Positions 25,475-37,600 of a stretch of DNA of 64,000 bases are shown piece by piece. Numbering within the stretch: the first letter of the stretch is position 1; each line of letters opens with the position of its first letter. The translations under genes and the position numbers were made by a program. The notes beneath the pieces were generated by a model. That model was given only the letters and a program-made list of their open reading frames with translations. It was not told where the DNA came from and did no database searches. Source of the stretch: Amoebophrya sp. A120 (lineage: Eukaryota > Protista > Dinoflagellata); contig CAJINV010000001.1 in NCBI GenBank assembly GCA_905178155.1, forward strand, positions 5,243,994 to 5,307,993. The letters run 5' to 3'.

Positions 25475-27186
25475 TCATGCATGACAGAATTCTAGTTGAT
25501 TTCTGTGTACTTGAAAAAGAGCATCATAGGTTGGAACTCTTGTTCCAGACCCAGACACCTTTGCAATGCATAACTGATGGCTCGCAGCCATTTGTCCAAC
25601 TGCTTTCCAATAACTCGGATCGCCCTGGGTACTCCACTTTTTCCACAAATCTTGGGCAGCTCTGTCGTAGGGCGTCTCAACCTTTCCCGCATCGGGAGTT
25701 ACAAGAAAAACCCATAACCGCTCAATCCAACCCGCGAGAGAGTAGTGGGGCCATGTATCATCCATAATCCTAAAACAGCAATGCCCGTCGCCACCTGTTG
25801 TATTGAATAAAAAGTATGGAAATTGGAAAGTCCGAAATGGAACAACTCGTTTGCTCGATGAAAAGCAGCAAATTAAACCACTCAGCTATCTTCATCTCGA
25901 ACGGTTTCTACCAGATCTCAGGTCACACGCCAGATTCATGAGATCCAGAGTCGGTGTCATCAATAGAATCTTTTTTCGGCATGCAAAGGAAAATTTTGCA
26001 TGAATACAGCAACATTTAGACTAACCAAAAATGTGAAGATGTAGACTAACCTGCTTTGTTGTTGATATTTGGATGGAAGGTTTTGTATTTGGCGTACGCA
26101 ACCGGCTGAGTCTTCATCTTTACTTTCAAAGACTGTCTGTCTTCAAGGATGCTCCAACCCTCCGGGACGAAGAAGTCGGGGTCCCTGATCACAATCTTGA
26201 AATGCTGTGTAGAGGTTTGCGATGACGAAATGTAAACTCTTCTTCTGTGACAGTAACTCGGGCATGTGGAATTTCTATATCGTCTACCTTTTCGATAACT
26301 AGCATTGAAAACAAGAATCAAGCTACGGCATCCCTGCGGATCATACGGTCGAAGCTGAAAGCGCGGCCACTAGTACAACCGCCATATGCATACCAACGAA
26401 ACCACACCACAAAAAAAATCTTACGCAATCCAATTGTATGAAAACCTCAATCTATATTACCATGTAAATCCCGGAGTAGTTCTCGTATGGCAGCTTTACA
26501 AACGAAATTTCCATGGCAGTTCCATATCTGAAGTCGGACTGAACACACAAATTGCTTAAGTACCCTACTTAGTCTAGCCCGAGCAGGCGGAAGACTACTA
26601 GATACCTGACAGTTAGTCCGTGCGACGAATGCAATGGCGCGCATGCCGACTACTATTGTGCCTGAAACGGCTATAATTTTTCCGCCACAGATCCTACTTG
26701 TGCCCTGCACAGGAAGGTAACCACCTATTTCAGGAAAGGAGCTGCCAAGAGAAACTTCAATGGGATACAACCCGCCGCGTCGCGTCAAATTCTTGCTGGT
26801 CCGGCTCGAATGCCACCAGCAAGTTTCCGTCTTCCGTAACCTTCGCACGAAATGTGGGCTCGGGCTCCCCGTTTTCCACCTCCTCCCATTTTTTTCCGAT
26901 GTAACCTTCGATGAACCGTTCCAAGCTTGCCTGAGTTTCATGTAAGTTGGAGCTTATCATCAGTTTTGCAAACCGGAAGCTGCACACCAAAAGTGCAATT
27001 GCTTCATCCTTCATCTCCACATGTAGTCATCATGAACAGTAATACGTAGCACAGCAAAGCACGTATTGGTTGCGAGGGGAAAGTAGCTACCTTCTTCTCC
27101 GACAGTGATTGGTTTTTCAGAGAAAGCCCGGCCGCAGACCCAAAGGCAAAGATACCCACTACCGACGTAATCAAACCGCGTCTCAT
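25475..27186 (-). CDS. Signal-peptide-bearing divergent E2 ubiquitin-conjugating-like enzyme, paralog B, multi-exon
   Basis: Signal peptide MRRGLITSVVGIFAFGSAAG. SLERFIEGY..EPTFRAKVTEDGNLL; FKIVIRDPDFFVPEGW..QPVAYAKYKTFHPNINNKAG spliced (GT-AG) to GDGHCCFRIMDDTWPHYSL..LVTPDAGKVETPYDRAAQDLWK. The HPN motif and downstream Cys match the UBC active site. Confidence 0.75.
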
Positions 27187-28938
27187 TTTGCAGGCGGATC
27201 AAATAAAACTCGCCTTCGCGGTCTCAGCAATCGCAATGTGTCGCTTCGATGTAGTCAGTGCAGTAATTGATGAAAAGAATGTGTGTCCTATGCGTATGCT
27301 TAATTTTGAAAGTAGTAATGGTACAAAAACTAGAATTGAATTTGAATGCGACACCTGTCACGAAATTCAAAATACGGCACTAGATACGCATGGATTCATT
27401 TACCTGTGAAGTATAGAAGACGGCTCCGGCCGTAGTAAGCGAGAAGTAAGGAAAGACATCAAAGCCCATAGGTACATGTGTAGACGACCAACCGGCAAGA
27501 GAGGCTCCATGCAGCCGGGACGATGAGCACACTGACACTCTGTGCCCGCTGCAAACGACGAATATATTTCGAGAAACGAAAAAAACGCATGTTCAGCAAC
27601 CTAAGTACGTTGATCCTTGGTAAGAAGACCAAAACGATCAATGATCACATAGCGTGTCGGGCAGACGAGCAGATCTTCTAATGTGGCCTCGACTACCAAG
27701 GGGACCATTGCGATGATCTTCTGCGTCAAAATGTACTTGTTCGCGAGTGCCCAGATGTTCAGTCGTCCTCCTCGTGGTTCGTGGAGGATCTTCCTTGCAT
27801 GATCCTGACAAGAAACGCATCAGAAAGATAGTGCGAGTTCTAGTATTCATCGAAAGTGGTGGAGCGGCGCTTGTGCTACCTATCACCTAGCAACGTACAT
27901 GCTTATCACATGTTGACTCGTTGGCTTTACCAGAACCACAGCTATACTAGAATACGCGCACGGTCCCATGCTTCTTGTCACGCGATCATATGATTCGAAG
28001 TATCGAAAATAGCTTGAAGTACAAAAACATATCTAAACATCGGTACAGTTTTTTCCACTCTGGATCAGGTGCTAGACTCTTCGAACCCCCGGGTTCAAAT
28101 TAACAATTCCATTGCACATCGTGCTGCAGGTTCGGCCTTTCCTACCCGCGGGCATGCTAGAAGAGTAGGTGGACCAGAGCACTGCGCCAGGTGCTCAGAT
28201 TGATTCGGATGGAGGACGCCAGCACTGAGGTCGCCGTTAAAATTCGATCACTAGATTCAACCTGGTCTCCTGGTCCCAAAGATCAGTCGCAACAGAATTC
28301 TTCTTCGGAGCAACTTTTCCAGCGGCTTAGCGGTCCGCAACAGCGGCAAGAATCGCCGCAACAGCGGCAAAAATCGCAGGTGCAGTTCCTGAACCACGGG
28401 CAGATGCGCTCCCACATGAAATTTTCCTGAACTGCGCGTGCATGCAGCAGAGCCGCACGAACACGGTCGATCCCTTCTCTCGGCCCGAGAACCTGCCTGA
28501 CAGCGCCACTTCAAAGTGTTATATCAGTAACCAGGCACCTTGAGGTAGCTTCGAAATTCAGCGATGGAGCTGCTGCTACGGGGATCCTCGACCCACGGAT
28601 AGCCACCATCATCCGTGCTGCGGCCGTAATTATGCGCGCGCGACTGCTATGACCATGAGTGAGCCACCCCGAGCCCCAGATCACAAGTAGTCCTTTTCCG
28701 TACCTTTCTGGCAACAGATAGGGCATGCCAAGACATGTAAAGATCAGTTTATGGCGCTAGACGATGCTGCGCATCAAAAAGAAAATCATATACAGTTACA
28801 GACGAAGCATGCCGACGTGTCGATTACACAAGTACAGGAGTGCTTCATCTGGGCGGACTCCTTTCATCAAATCACTCTCCCTCGGGTCAGTTACAGAAAT
28901 AATTTCCTTAGGAAAAGTAGCGCTGGGGGGTCTGCTCT

Positions 28939-30151
28939 TCATGTGGATACTTTTTCCCAAACCTTATCCCAGTACTTGTTGCGGTCCTCCTTCCACAATT
29001 TTTTCGCCTCGTCGTTGTACATCGAGCCTGTTTGGTCGCAGCCGTCCGGGTCGATAACGAAGCCCTCCCAGAAAGCCATAATCCACGCGCTAAGGGTGTA
29101 CGCCTGCTCCCCCCACGAGCCCATAGTGAAGCAGGCATTTCCACCTGTAACCAAAATTAAATGTTGACACTTACTGCGTAGAGTTCAGCTCGCCCACCAC
29201 TCAATCAGCCCTAGTGGACACGAGTTTTCTACACTCGAAAGAAGTGTGCCGGTTATGAGTAGCCTCTGGAAAAAGTCACGGACGATTCCGCTATCGATAC
29301 TCATACAAATTATGCAAATGCGAGAAGGAAAGCAAACGGAAAAAAACCATAAATGAGTTAGTACTGATGGAAGACATGTGCGGGTGGTAAATGGGATACT
29401 GCGCCATGGCGTGCGGCTGACCGGAAAAACGTACTCTCCTCTCGTCCTTGTCGGAGAGGATACTCCAACCCTCGGGAACACGGAAGTCGTCCGGAATAGA
29501 TATCTTGAACGCCTGTCGGGTGGTTTGTAGATCGTTTTGCCGAGAACTTTACCCGCCTTGGGATAAAATCATACTTGGAGCGTCTGCTTACCACCTGCGC
29601 ACCAAAAAATATCAGATCGATCATCACCAGAGCACCAGGAAGCATAGTTGATGTCGCTGCCTTCATATTGAAAAACAGGAACTCGAAATCGCAATCGGAA
29701 TTAGATTGAGAAGATTACAAAAAAAAAGTACGAGCTCGACCCCCTTGTAGTAGTGTCCGGGCGGCAGCGAAAAATAATTGTCCAGGATCAATAGCGGCGG
29801 CAGGAACACGATGAAGAGATTGCCGTCATCAGTTGCCCACGCACGAAAGCCTGGGTCTTCGTCTTCTCGAATCTTCGTGTTCACGTAGCCCTCAATCCAC
29901 GCCCACACCATGTCCCTTTTCGCGCCCAGAACAGGCTCAATCCCGAAGAAACCAAGTAAAGCGGCACATCTCGCTATCGAAAGAAGAAAATCATACATCT
30001 TCGAGAGGGTCCCCACCACACAAGAACCGCATGCCAAATACAAGCGGATTAAAATTTTTCATCCTCGGCCGATTGGGGTACAGCGATTGCTTGCTTTCGT
30101 TGCACTGCTTACTCCAGCACCGAGGGCGCAAAAGCACAGTGCTCGAATCAT
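28939..30151 (-). CDS. Signal-peptide-bearing divergent E2 ubiquitin-conjugating-like enzyme, paralog C, multi-exon
   Basis: Signal peptide MIRALCFCALGAG. WIEGY..DPGFRAWATDDGNLF..GHYYKG; AFKISIPDDFRVPEGW..QPHAMAQYPIYHPHMSSI spliced (GT-AG) to SGNACFTMGSW..IDPD..YNDEAKKLWKEDRNKYWDKV. This matches the UBC consensus YHPN-x-SG-x-C..W..P..N.EAA. Confidence 0.75.
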
Positions 30152-31536
30152 GGCAATAGAAAACCGCGTCTTTACTTCTGGAAATTGCGGATGTTGCAAA
30201 AGCAAATACAAATTTGAGTGTATGTGTATGCATCTCACACGCTACGGGTATAGAAAACATAAGTCTCAATCTTTTTCGTAGCGAGCCAGACGGAAAAAAG
30301 GCGACGTCCCGTAAACGCCGATACTGCCCGAACCGCACTCCGGCCAGCAACCCTGCCACCAGACTGCCTCATTTCGTTCCCGCGCGATCGTTTATCAAAT
30401 CCTCTTGTCAACCCAGTCTGGAAAAGAAGATCTTTCGACGCACAAGGCTTCGTGACGAGGCCTTTCCGTTTCCGTTATGCTTCGACGCCACCTCTGTGTG
30501 CCGAAAGAGTATGGGTCGTGGTCCAGACAGAATCAGTTTAGGTACTAGTCTCAGAAGTACTCGAATCACGATGAATGATACAAACCTCTTTTTTATTCAA
30601 GCCAGATTCTGCTCCGAGTTCGACTCTTGGTGAAAAAGAGTTCAAATTTGAACCCTACAAGGTGTGTCACAAACTACGACATGCTACGCTGTAGTTTCAA
30701 AGAGAAAGGCGCAACTGGCTGTGGTTTTATTGGGATCATTTGACCTTTCATCACAACGAGCAGCACACTTGCTGGTGTCACTGTGGACGACGTGCATATA
30801 ATCATCATGAGCATGACACTCACTGTGAATGTGCGCTTTACCTTCTCACAGCAGATCCAGATCGTCATCTTTCTGGGGAGCGCACACATCTTCATGATTG
30901 TGCTTTATACTCTTGCGGATCACGCACGAAAAAAGAGCCGGCCGTTCTCTTGCAGAACGTCAGGACCAGTAATTGTGAGCTCAGGTAAATGAATATAACA
31001 CTTTCGTTGAGATCTCGATTACTACGACGGGAAGCAAGCAGTGCAAGTGTTCGATTACTTTTTCTTGAGAAACAGAAAGTGCGTAGCAAAACCGGACCTG
31101 TTCCAAAGTTTCTGCTCTTGCTGCACATCATTCACGATCATCATCTCAGTGCGATATCAATCTGACGCAGTAGAAGAGCGTCAGTGAGTGTGATGCAGGC
31201 TGACTCACTTTCCCAACGCGATGGCGCTCGCATCCTTTATTTTCCTTACTTAGTACATGCCATTGGGAGAGATGGGGACGACGAAAAAACGCTTTTCATC
31301 GTCTTATAAAGTTGAGAAAGCTCTGACAATGTTCGGATTTACAGATGTTACAGCGAACTTATTTTCCACGTGAACTGCAGCTGCCACATTCCTGCACAGT
31401 TCTGTTCATAAATAATAGCCGAAAACGGATTCACATCATAACCTCCGTCAGCATAAACACATGATTTTGCATTACGCTTCAAGTTGCACTTGCGGTGGCT
31501 GCCCCATCAGTATCAGGTGGCATGGAATGGTACGAC

Positions 31537-33191
31537 TTACATCTTTTTCGAACTTCCGAAAACAGCAGGAGGCAGCGCACTTCGTGGCACCGGCTCACCT
31601 ATCAAGCTTCCGCTCATTCCTGTTTTGCAGAACCGGGCGCCTACAGCCGCAAACTGAGACCCCGTGCTCTGGGTGCCTTCATGTTGCAATCGTCGATCCC
31701 GAGCCCAGTGCAACATTGGATTTCGTCTCGCAGTCAGAATTTCCCGCAGCAATATGGTCATCGTGGGAATTCATGATCGGGATGGCCCGTCCTTTTTCCG
31801 CTTGACTTGTGTATAAAATTCTCAAAGCGTTGTAGCACCTCAGGCATTTGTGCACGAAGCACATCAGTAAAGATTTAATGTCATCTATGTGTATTTCGCT
31901 CATTATGCATGATCAGAGGGCAAAAGCTGCTACACGTATCTTGAGGGAATCGCGCTTGCAGAGAAGCTCCTGCAGCTGCAGTGGGCGAGTATGTAAGCTG
32001 ACGAAGACGCACATCATGCATCCACACAATTTACGAAACAGATATCGCAACATCCACCTACGAAAATGCAAACTCGATGTGCTAGCTTTTTTTTCTCTGA
32101 TATCTCTGCGAAGGCAATGAGGTCCGGGCCGCGGCTCGTCAGGTTATCCCGTATGGTCATCGTGAGGTCAGAACTTCCTGGACGTGCAGTTGTGCTCTCA
32201 ACAGCAAGAAAGTCTTTTCCTTTGATCATGTACCTGCGTATTATGATTGAGTATAAAAATCTTGATTGCCTACTTAGGTACAATATTTTCGCTCGAACCG
32301 GGACCAAAAGAAACTGGGCCGAAGGTGATTCCAGGGACAACTTTTGAGCGATGCAAACCTGTCGACGATGGACAGAAGTTTCCATTCAAAGCCAGCTTTA
32401 TGAAGAATTATCAGCGCAGTGGTGGTGCGACTGTGAGTTTGTGCTCGTGGCAATCTTCACGATGAGGGACTCAAGCGAGTAGATGAAATGATCCTGCAGC
32501 AACGGCTGATTCGAAACTGATGCATATAATGACCGGAATAACAAACATCGTACCGTCGGCCCTTTTTCGGTCCGTTGGGATGCAACTGGAAGATCCAGTC
32601 TTTGACTTTCTGCATCTTGTCCTCAAACTCGAACTCGGCCATCCCGACGATATGCAGCAGAAAAGCACACCATTGTATACGCACCACGTGCTGGGAGCAT
32701 ATTCTGGACCGAGAGTTCATGCATTACTGGTACTTTAAATATCTGCCCTTAATGCGCTTCTTACCAATCTGATAGATCAGGCATCCATTTGGCGGTCCAA
32801 AAAACATGTTGCCGGTGCAGCAAGAATCTATTTTACGTAGACAAATTGCAATTGCGTGCGCTCTTTCCGCCTCTTCATGCAAAACGTACAATATACAAGA
32901 AAACACGCTATTCAATCCGGCCTCCAAGGAGGGACTTTAGTACGACAGACTAGTCACCAGCAGCATGCTCGATGTGCCCGCAAGCAGGATAATGCATTCA
33001 GCTACTTTCACTTCTAGTACGTGCAGGGCAGATAGCTGCCAAGCGTGGTGTGCGGATGAAGTGCTACAGTTTTGCTTTTCGTAGAACGGTGCTGAAACAT
33101 AGAGTTTTACTTTCGGCGCAGCCTCCCCGACCCAGACTGTCGCCAGAAGCACCTGTATCAAAAAGAGCGCGCGGCGACCCGCGGCACCCAT
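31537..33191 (-). CDS. Secreted ubiquitin-like small protein, family member 2, multi-exon
   Basis: Signal peptide MGAAGRRALFLIQVLLATVWVGEA. Exons: AEFEFEDKMQKVKDWIFQLHPNG; RYMIKGKDF..SDLTMTIRDNL; PIMNSHDDHIAAG; GEPVP. These share motifs with members 1, 3 and 4. Confidence 0.45.
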
Positions 33192-34612
33192 GGTGTTGCC
33201 GTTGCCGCGCCGATTGCATGGAGAGGCTGCCATCTGGGTGCGATTGAAGGTTACTGCGCCAGGACGAAAGCCTGCGACTCCAACACTACGACTAGCTATT
33301 GCCAGCAAAACGAGATCGTCTGGTCCTGGTACTTCGCATTCACTGTACTTAAACGCCGTATACTCTACAACCCCTAGTAGAAAATAGTAAGAGACTGACA
33401 CTGAGAACGAATATGGAGATAGAGGTGGAGCTCGCGCCCGCGACTACGTACGGACATACCTGCAAGAACGTGCAGTCGTACGCAAGGAAGAAAACTGCAA
33501 AGGAGCAGCTTGCAAGGTAAGCAGTGGATCATGCCTCGCGAACGTGATCACCGGACCTTGTCGAAGCGAACTCGACTTTCACGGATCTCCCTCCGGGACC
33601 ACACCGTTTTCTTCTGGATCTTCGGGTCAAAGGATCGACTTTCCATAGTGTCATGATCACAACGAACAGCAGATGATACTAGTCGTGTCTCTATTTCTGC
33701 CTCGAAACAAAACGCAAGCGAAGACGGGAGTCGCCGGGTTCGGGGTGCAACTGAATAAATAAAAGAAGCAGCCATTTTCCAGCGCGTAAACCTACTTGTT
33801 TGATAGGGTCCTTCTCCTTCGATATAAAGAAAGCATAAACGAGCGACCTCATGATCTTTATCAAAGATTCCAAGGAGCAGGCAATCACCACACCAACCTG
33901 CTTGCCAATTTCTTCTGCGACGCAAACTGTTGCGGTTGTCTAGCAGATGATAAACCTTCGTTCCAACTTATTTCAATCCGTGTGCCAGTGCTCCTGGCAG
34001 ACAAGGTAATCGTAATATTGACGATACTAGGGTAAAGCGCAGACCTGGCCACGTAAGAAGCGGCAACGGGTAGAAAGTTTGCTAGTACGCCTTATTTTCG
34101 TTGTAGTAAACTACTTAATTCAGTGATCCCGCTCGGGCGTCCATCTTTGCCCGCTCTTTGCCTTCCACCTCCTCGATGTTGTATTTGTATTGCGCAGGCC
34201 TCGCGGTTCAAGCGCTAGGGCGCGGTTCGGAGCCGTACCACAGCTCCAGCGACGGCAGATCCCTGTCACCGAACCTCTCGTACTGCATAGCATACCTTCG
34301 CAGCTCCCGAGCGGACGTCCACCACGCCGGCTCCGCGGTGCTCTCTTCGTCCGGACTCGCGAGGGACTTCATCGTCATCCCACCTGCCTCGACCTTGATT
34401 TTGCTTTCCAACAGCATCTGAGTCGTCTCATGTCTTGCGGTTATCCAGTGGAAAATGTCTATCGCCATCGGTCCAACACCATTTCCATTCCTGCTGCCAC
34501 TCAAAAATGCACGATGCGCATCTATGTGTAAAGCTCAAATTAAAGCTTGCGACTCAAACCCGAATTTGCAACTACGTTTTGAAGCAGGTATACCGATTGA
34601 AAAAGACGCATA

Positions 34613-37600
34613 TCATGCAACAACCATAAATGCATAAATCAATATTTTCCAATGAACCGGCCAATGCAAGCTACTATGAATCGGAAGAGCGAGAGACGTT
34701 GACCACAGGATAGCGTGCTGAACGATGTCCCGAAGCGTCGTCTTCAGCGAAAATCCCCGACGAGTCCATTCCTTGCGCAGACGGCCCACTTGCGTCCGCA
34801 CGATGTCCTCGAGCTTCACCGCGGCACGGTCCCCGGAGCCTCCGGACGGCCCGGCCAAAAAGCCACCGCCCCCCTTCGGAGGCCCAGCCGACGCCGCCGG
34901 GTCGGACCAGCCCGACTGCGCGACGGCGTCGATATTGGCCTGTTCCCACGCAGGGTCATTGTATTCGGGGAACGCGCCAATTTGCTGCAGCAATTCGGCT
35001 CGGACGTCCTCGCGGGAGAACGACGCAACCGGAGCCCGCTGTCCATCGCTCGCGGTCATGCCGGGCGGCGCCGGAGCGCCAGGGACGTCCTTCTTCGGAC
35101 CCACTTTCTGCGACAGGCTCCGCTCGATCTGCCGATACAGGTTCAGCGTCGTCTTCAACATCGGGGCGCACACATCGATTGCACCTTCCACCGTGTCGCC
35201 GCCAGCAGGCGCCCCGGTTTCCAGTCGGGATGTGCCTTCGGTAAACCAGCGGTTCCGGACGCTCTCTGCTCCGCGCATAAAATCCACAGCGACCGCCTTC
35301 AACGATGTAAGTCCTCTGGAGGTTTTGCGCTCCAGACTCCGCTGTTGTCCCGGAGACGTACCACCTTGCTTCGGGCTGTCGGGCCGCACCACTGTCTCCA
35401 GCGCGTGACCAATGAGCTCTGCAAGGAGCGCATTCCCGCCTGTGCTTGGCGAGTGAGTCAGCAAAATTTCGCGACAAAACTCTCTAGTGCCGTCGTAGAG
35501 CGTGAGATACTGCGGTATCTTTTCGTCTACCTGCCCCTGCAGGATGTCGCCTTTCTTCACGAAGTACCCCAACCGCACTTGCCATTTGAAAATCCGAATG
35601 GCCAAGTACTCCCGCGCCCACTGCAGTACTCCGCCGAGCGTGGTGGCCGGCACCCGGGCGGTTTCCCAGACTCCCCATTCATCCGCCGTGGCTTCGATGC
35701 TGGCTCGTGATTGGTAGAAGTGCCCCATGTCACTCGACGACGGATTCGCGAGCGTCTTCAGGTCAACCGTATGAGAGTGCACAACTCCCCCTCCCCCTTA
35801 TTTGGATGGCATCCGCAGCAACACAACTCCTGGCACAGATGCAGCTATTGAAGGACAAATTTACGACTGATTGTAGTGGCGATTCGGCTTTGGGAATCTG
35901 TCATGCGAGCAGTGCCACAGAGCAAAGAGTGGATTTGGTATTTTGCATCACAAATGAGGGGGACGAGGGGGGCGAGTTGTGCACTGCCATAAACCGCCTC
36001 GTCGAAACAGTGAACTTTATTTGCACCGCACTTCCGGCGCTTTCTCGCCTGCATCGAACCATCTTCAGACCGATCATACGCCTCTTGGAGCTGCTTTTGC
36101 ACCGTCTTGAACACCTGGATCATGGCTACGCCTGTTGCAGCTGCGGTCACAGCGATCGACGCCGCCCCGATGCGACCGGCAATGCGGGAAACAGCTGCCT
36201 TCTGCATACGCGGGATCTGGTGATTCCGCGCGCGCAGGTTGGCAGCAGAGTACACAAAATCAAGGTGGCTCCACTGATCTTTATCATACTCGAATTTCGC
36301 CACTTCGTCTGAGGACGGCGGTTCCGCAGCGGTGTCCTCCTCGCCCAGCATCGCAGTCAGCCCCCTGACTAACTCGCGGATCCGCAGGAGTGCGGCATCA
36401 TCGGCCGCGCCCGACTCCATTGGCTCCTGCTGCATCGCCTGGGGAGACCAGGGTTTCACGGTCAGACCTGCCGTGCCCCCAACATACTGGAGTGGACGAC
36501 CATGATCGTCAACCACGGCTTCCAAGCTGGGATCAAGTTCGGTCGCCGCCACACGCTGTGGACCTTTCGTTGTGCCGCCGGTCGTCGTGACCGACGACTT
36601 CGCTTTCGAGGACGCCGCCCATTTCGTGCGCTCGCGCAACATGCTCGCTGCCAGCCGAGCCAACAACTGCTTGTGAATCGCCGCGTTGCTCCGGACATAG
36701 GCAGCATGCGTGGAGTCCTCGTGCAGCTGCAGGCCTTCTTGGAAGCTCGGGAATTTGCGTTTCTCGTGAAAAAAGGGCGTGCCATCATCTTCGACCTTGT
36801 CCCGCGGGTACCGGCGTTGCAGGTCGCGCACGGCGTCGTGGAAGTGCAGCCAGAACAGCTGCACGGACAGTTCGGCCGACACGCGTCCGACAAAGCCGTC
36901 GAGTTCCGCGTCCGAAATCAGCGGAGACGTCTCCAACGCGGTCCACAAAGCCACAATCGCCTCGATCCGGAACAATTCTTCACGGCGGCGCGCGAAGTCC
37001 AAGTCGCGCGCCTGGGTTGCGGCCTTCAGCTGCCGCCGCAGGTCCTTCATCGTCACGGGAAATTCGTTGAAAGAGCGTTCGAACACCTCCCGGGCCCAGT
37101 GAACGCAGTCGGCGGCCGTTCGCGGAAACTGCCGCAACTGGCACGCGCGCACATTCGGATCCGGTGCGCCCTTGCTCGCGGAGGACTTCCAGAAGTTGAG
37201 CACCGCAACTTTCCCCTCGTAACTGGAACCCGGCGTTCTCTCGAACCGTTTTGCGTTTCGCCGCAACGACGCGAACTCTGGGGTCTCGTGCCCAACTCCA
37301 GCAGAATCGACCGTAGCAAACACGTCTTCCAGCGCCCCCAGCTTTTCCGCCATCACCGCAGGCGTGTGCGGTCCCCCGTCAGAGAAGTAGGTCCGCACGG
37401 TACTGCCACTCACCGAAAGTACCTCGTGCAGGTACTGCGGAAATTGGCTGTCGCTGGTCCAGTCGTGCCACTTCCAGCAGTTGGTGTGGTAGAGCTGGTA
37501 CATCAAGGTCTTGCCGCTCAAGAGGATCACTGGCTTCCCCTGATGCATGTTCGTAAAGTAGCTATACAGGCTCTGCTGTTGCTTGTTTGTGCATGCACTT

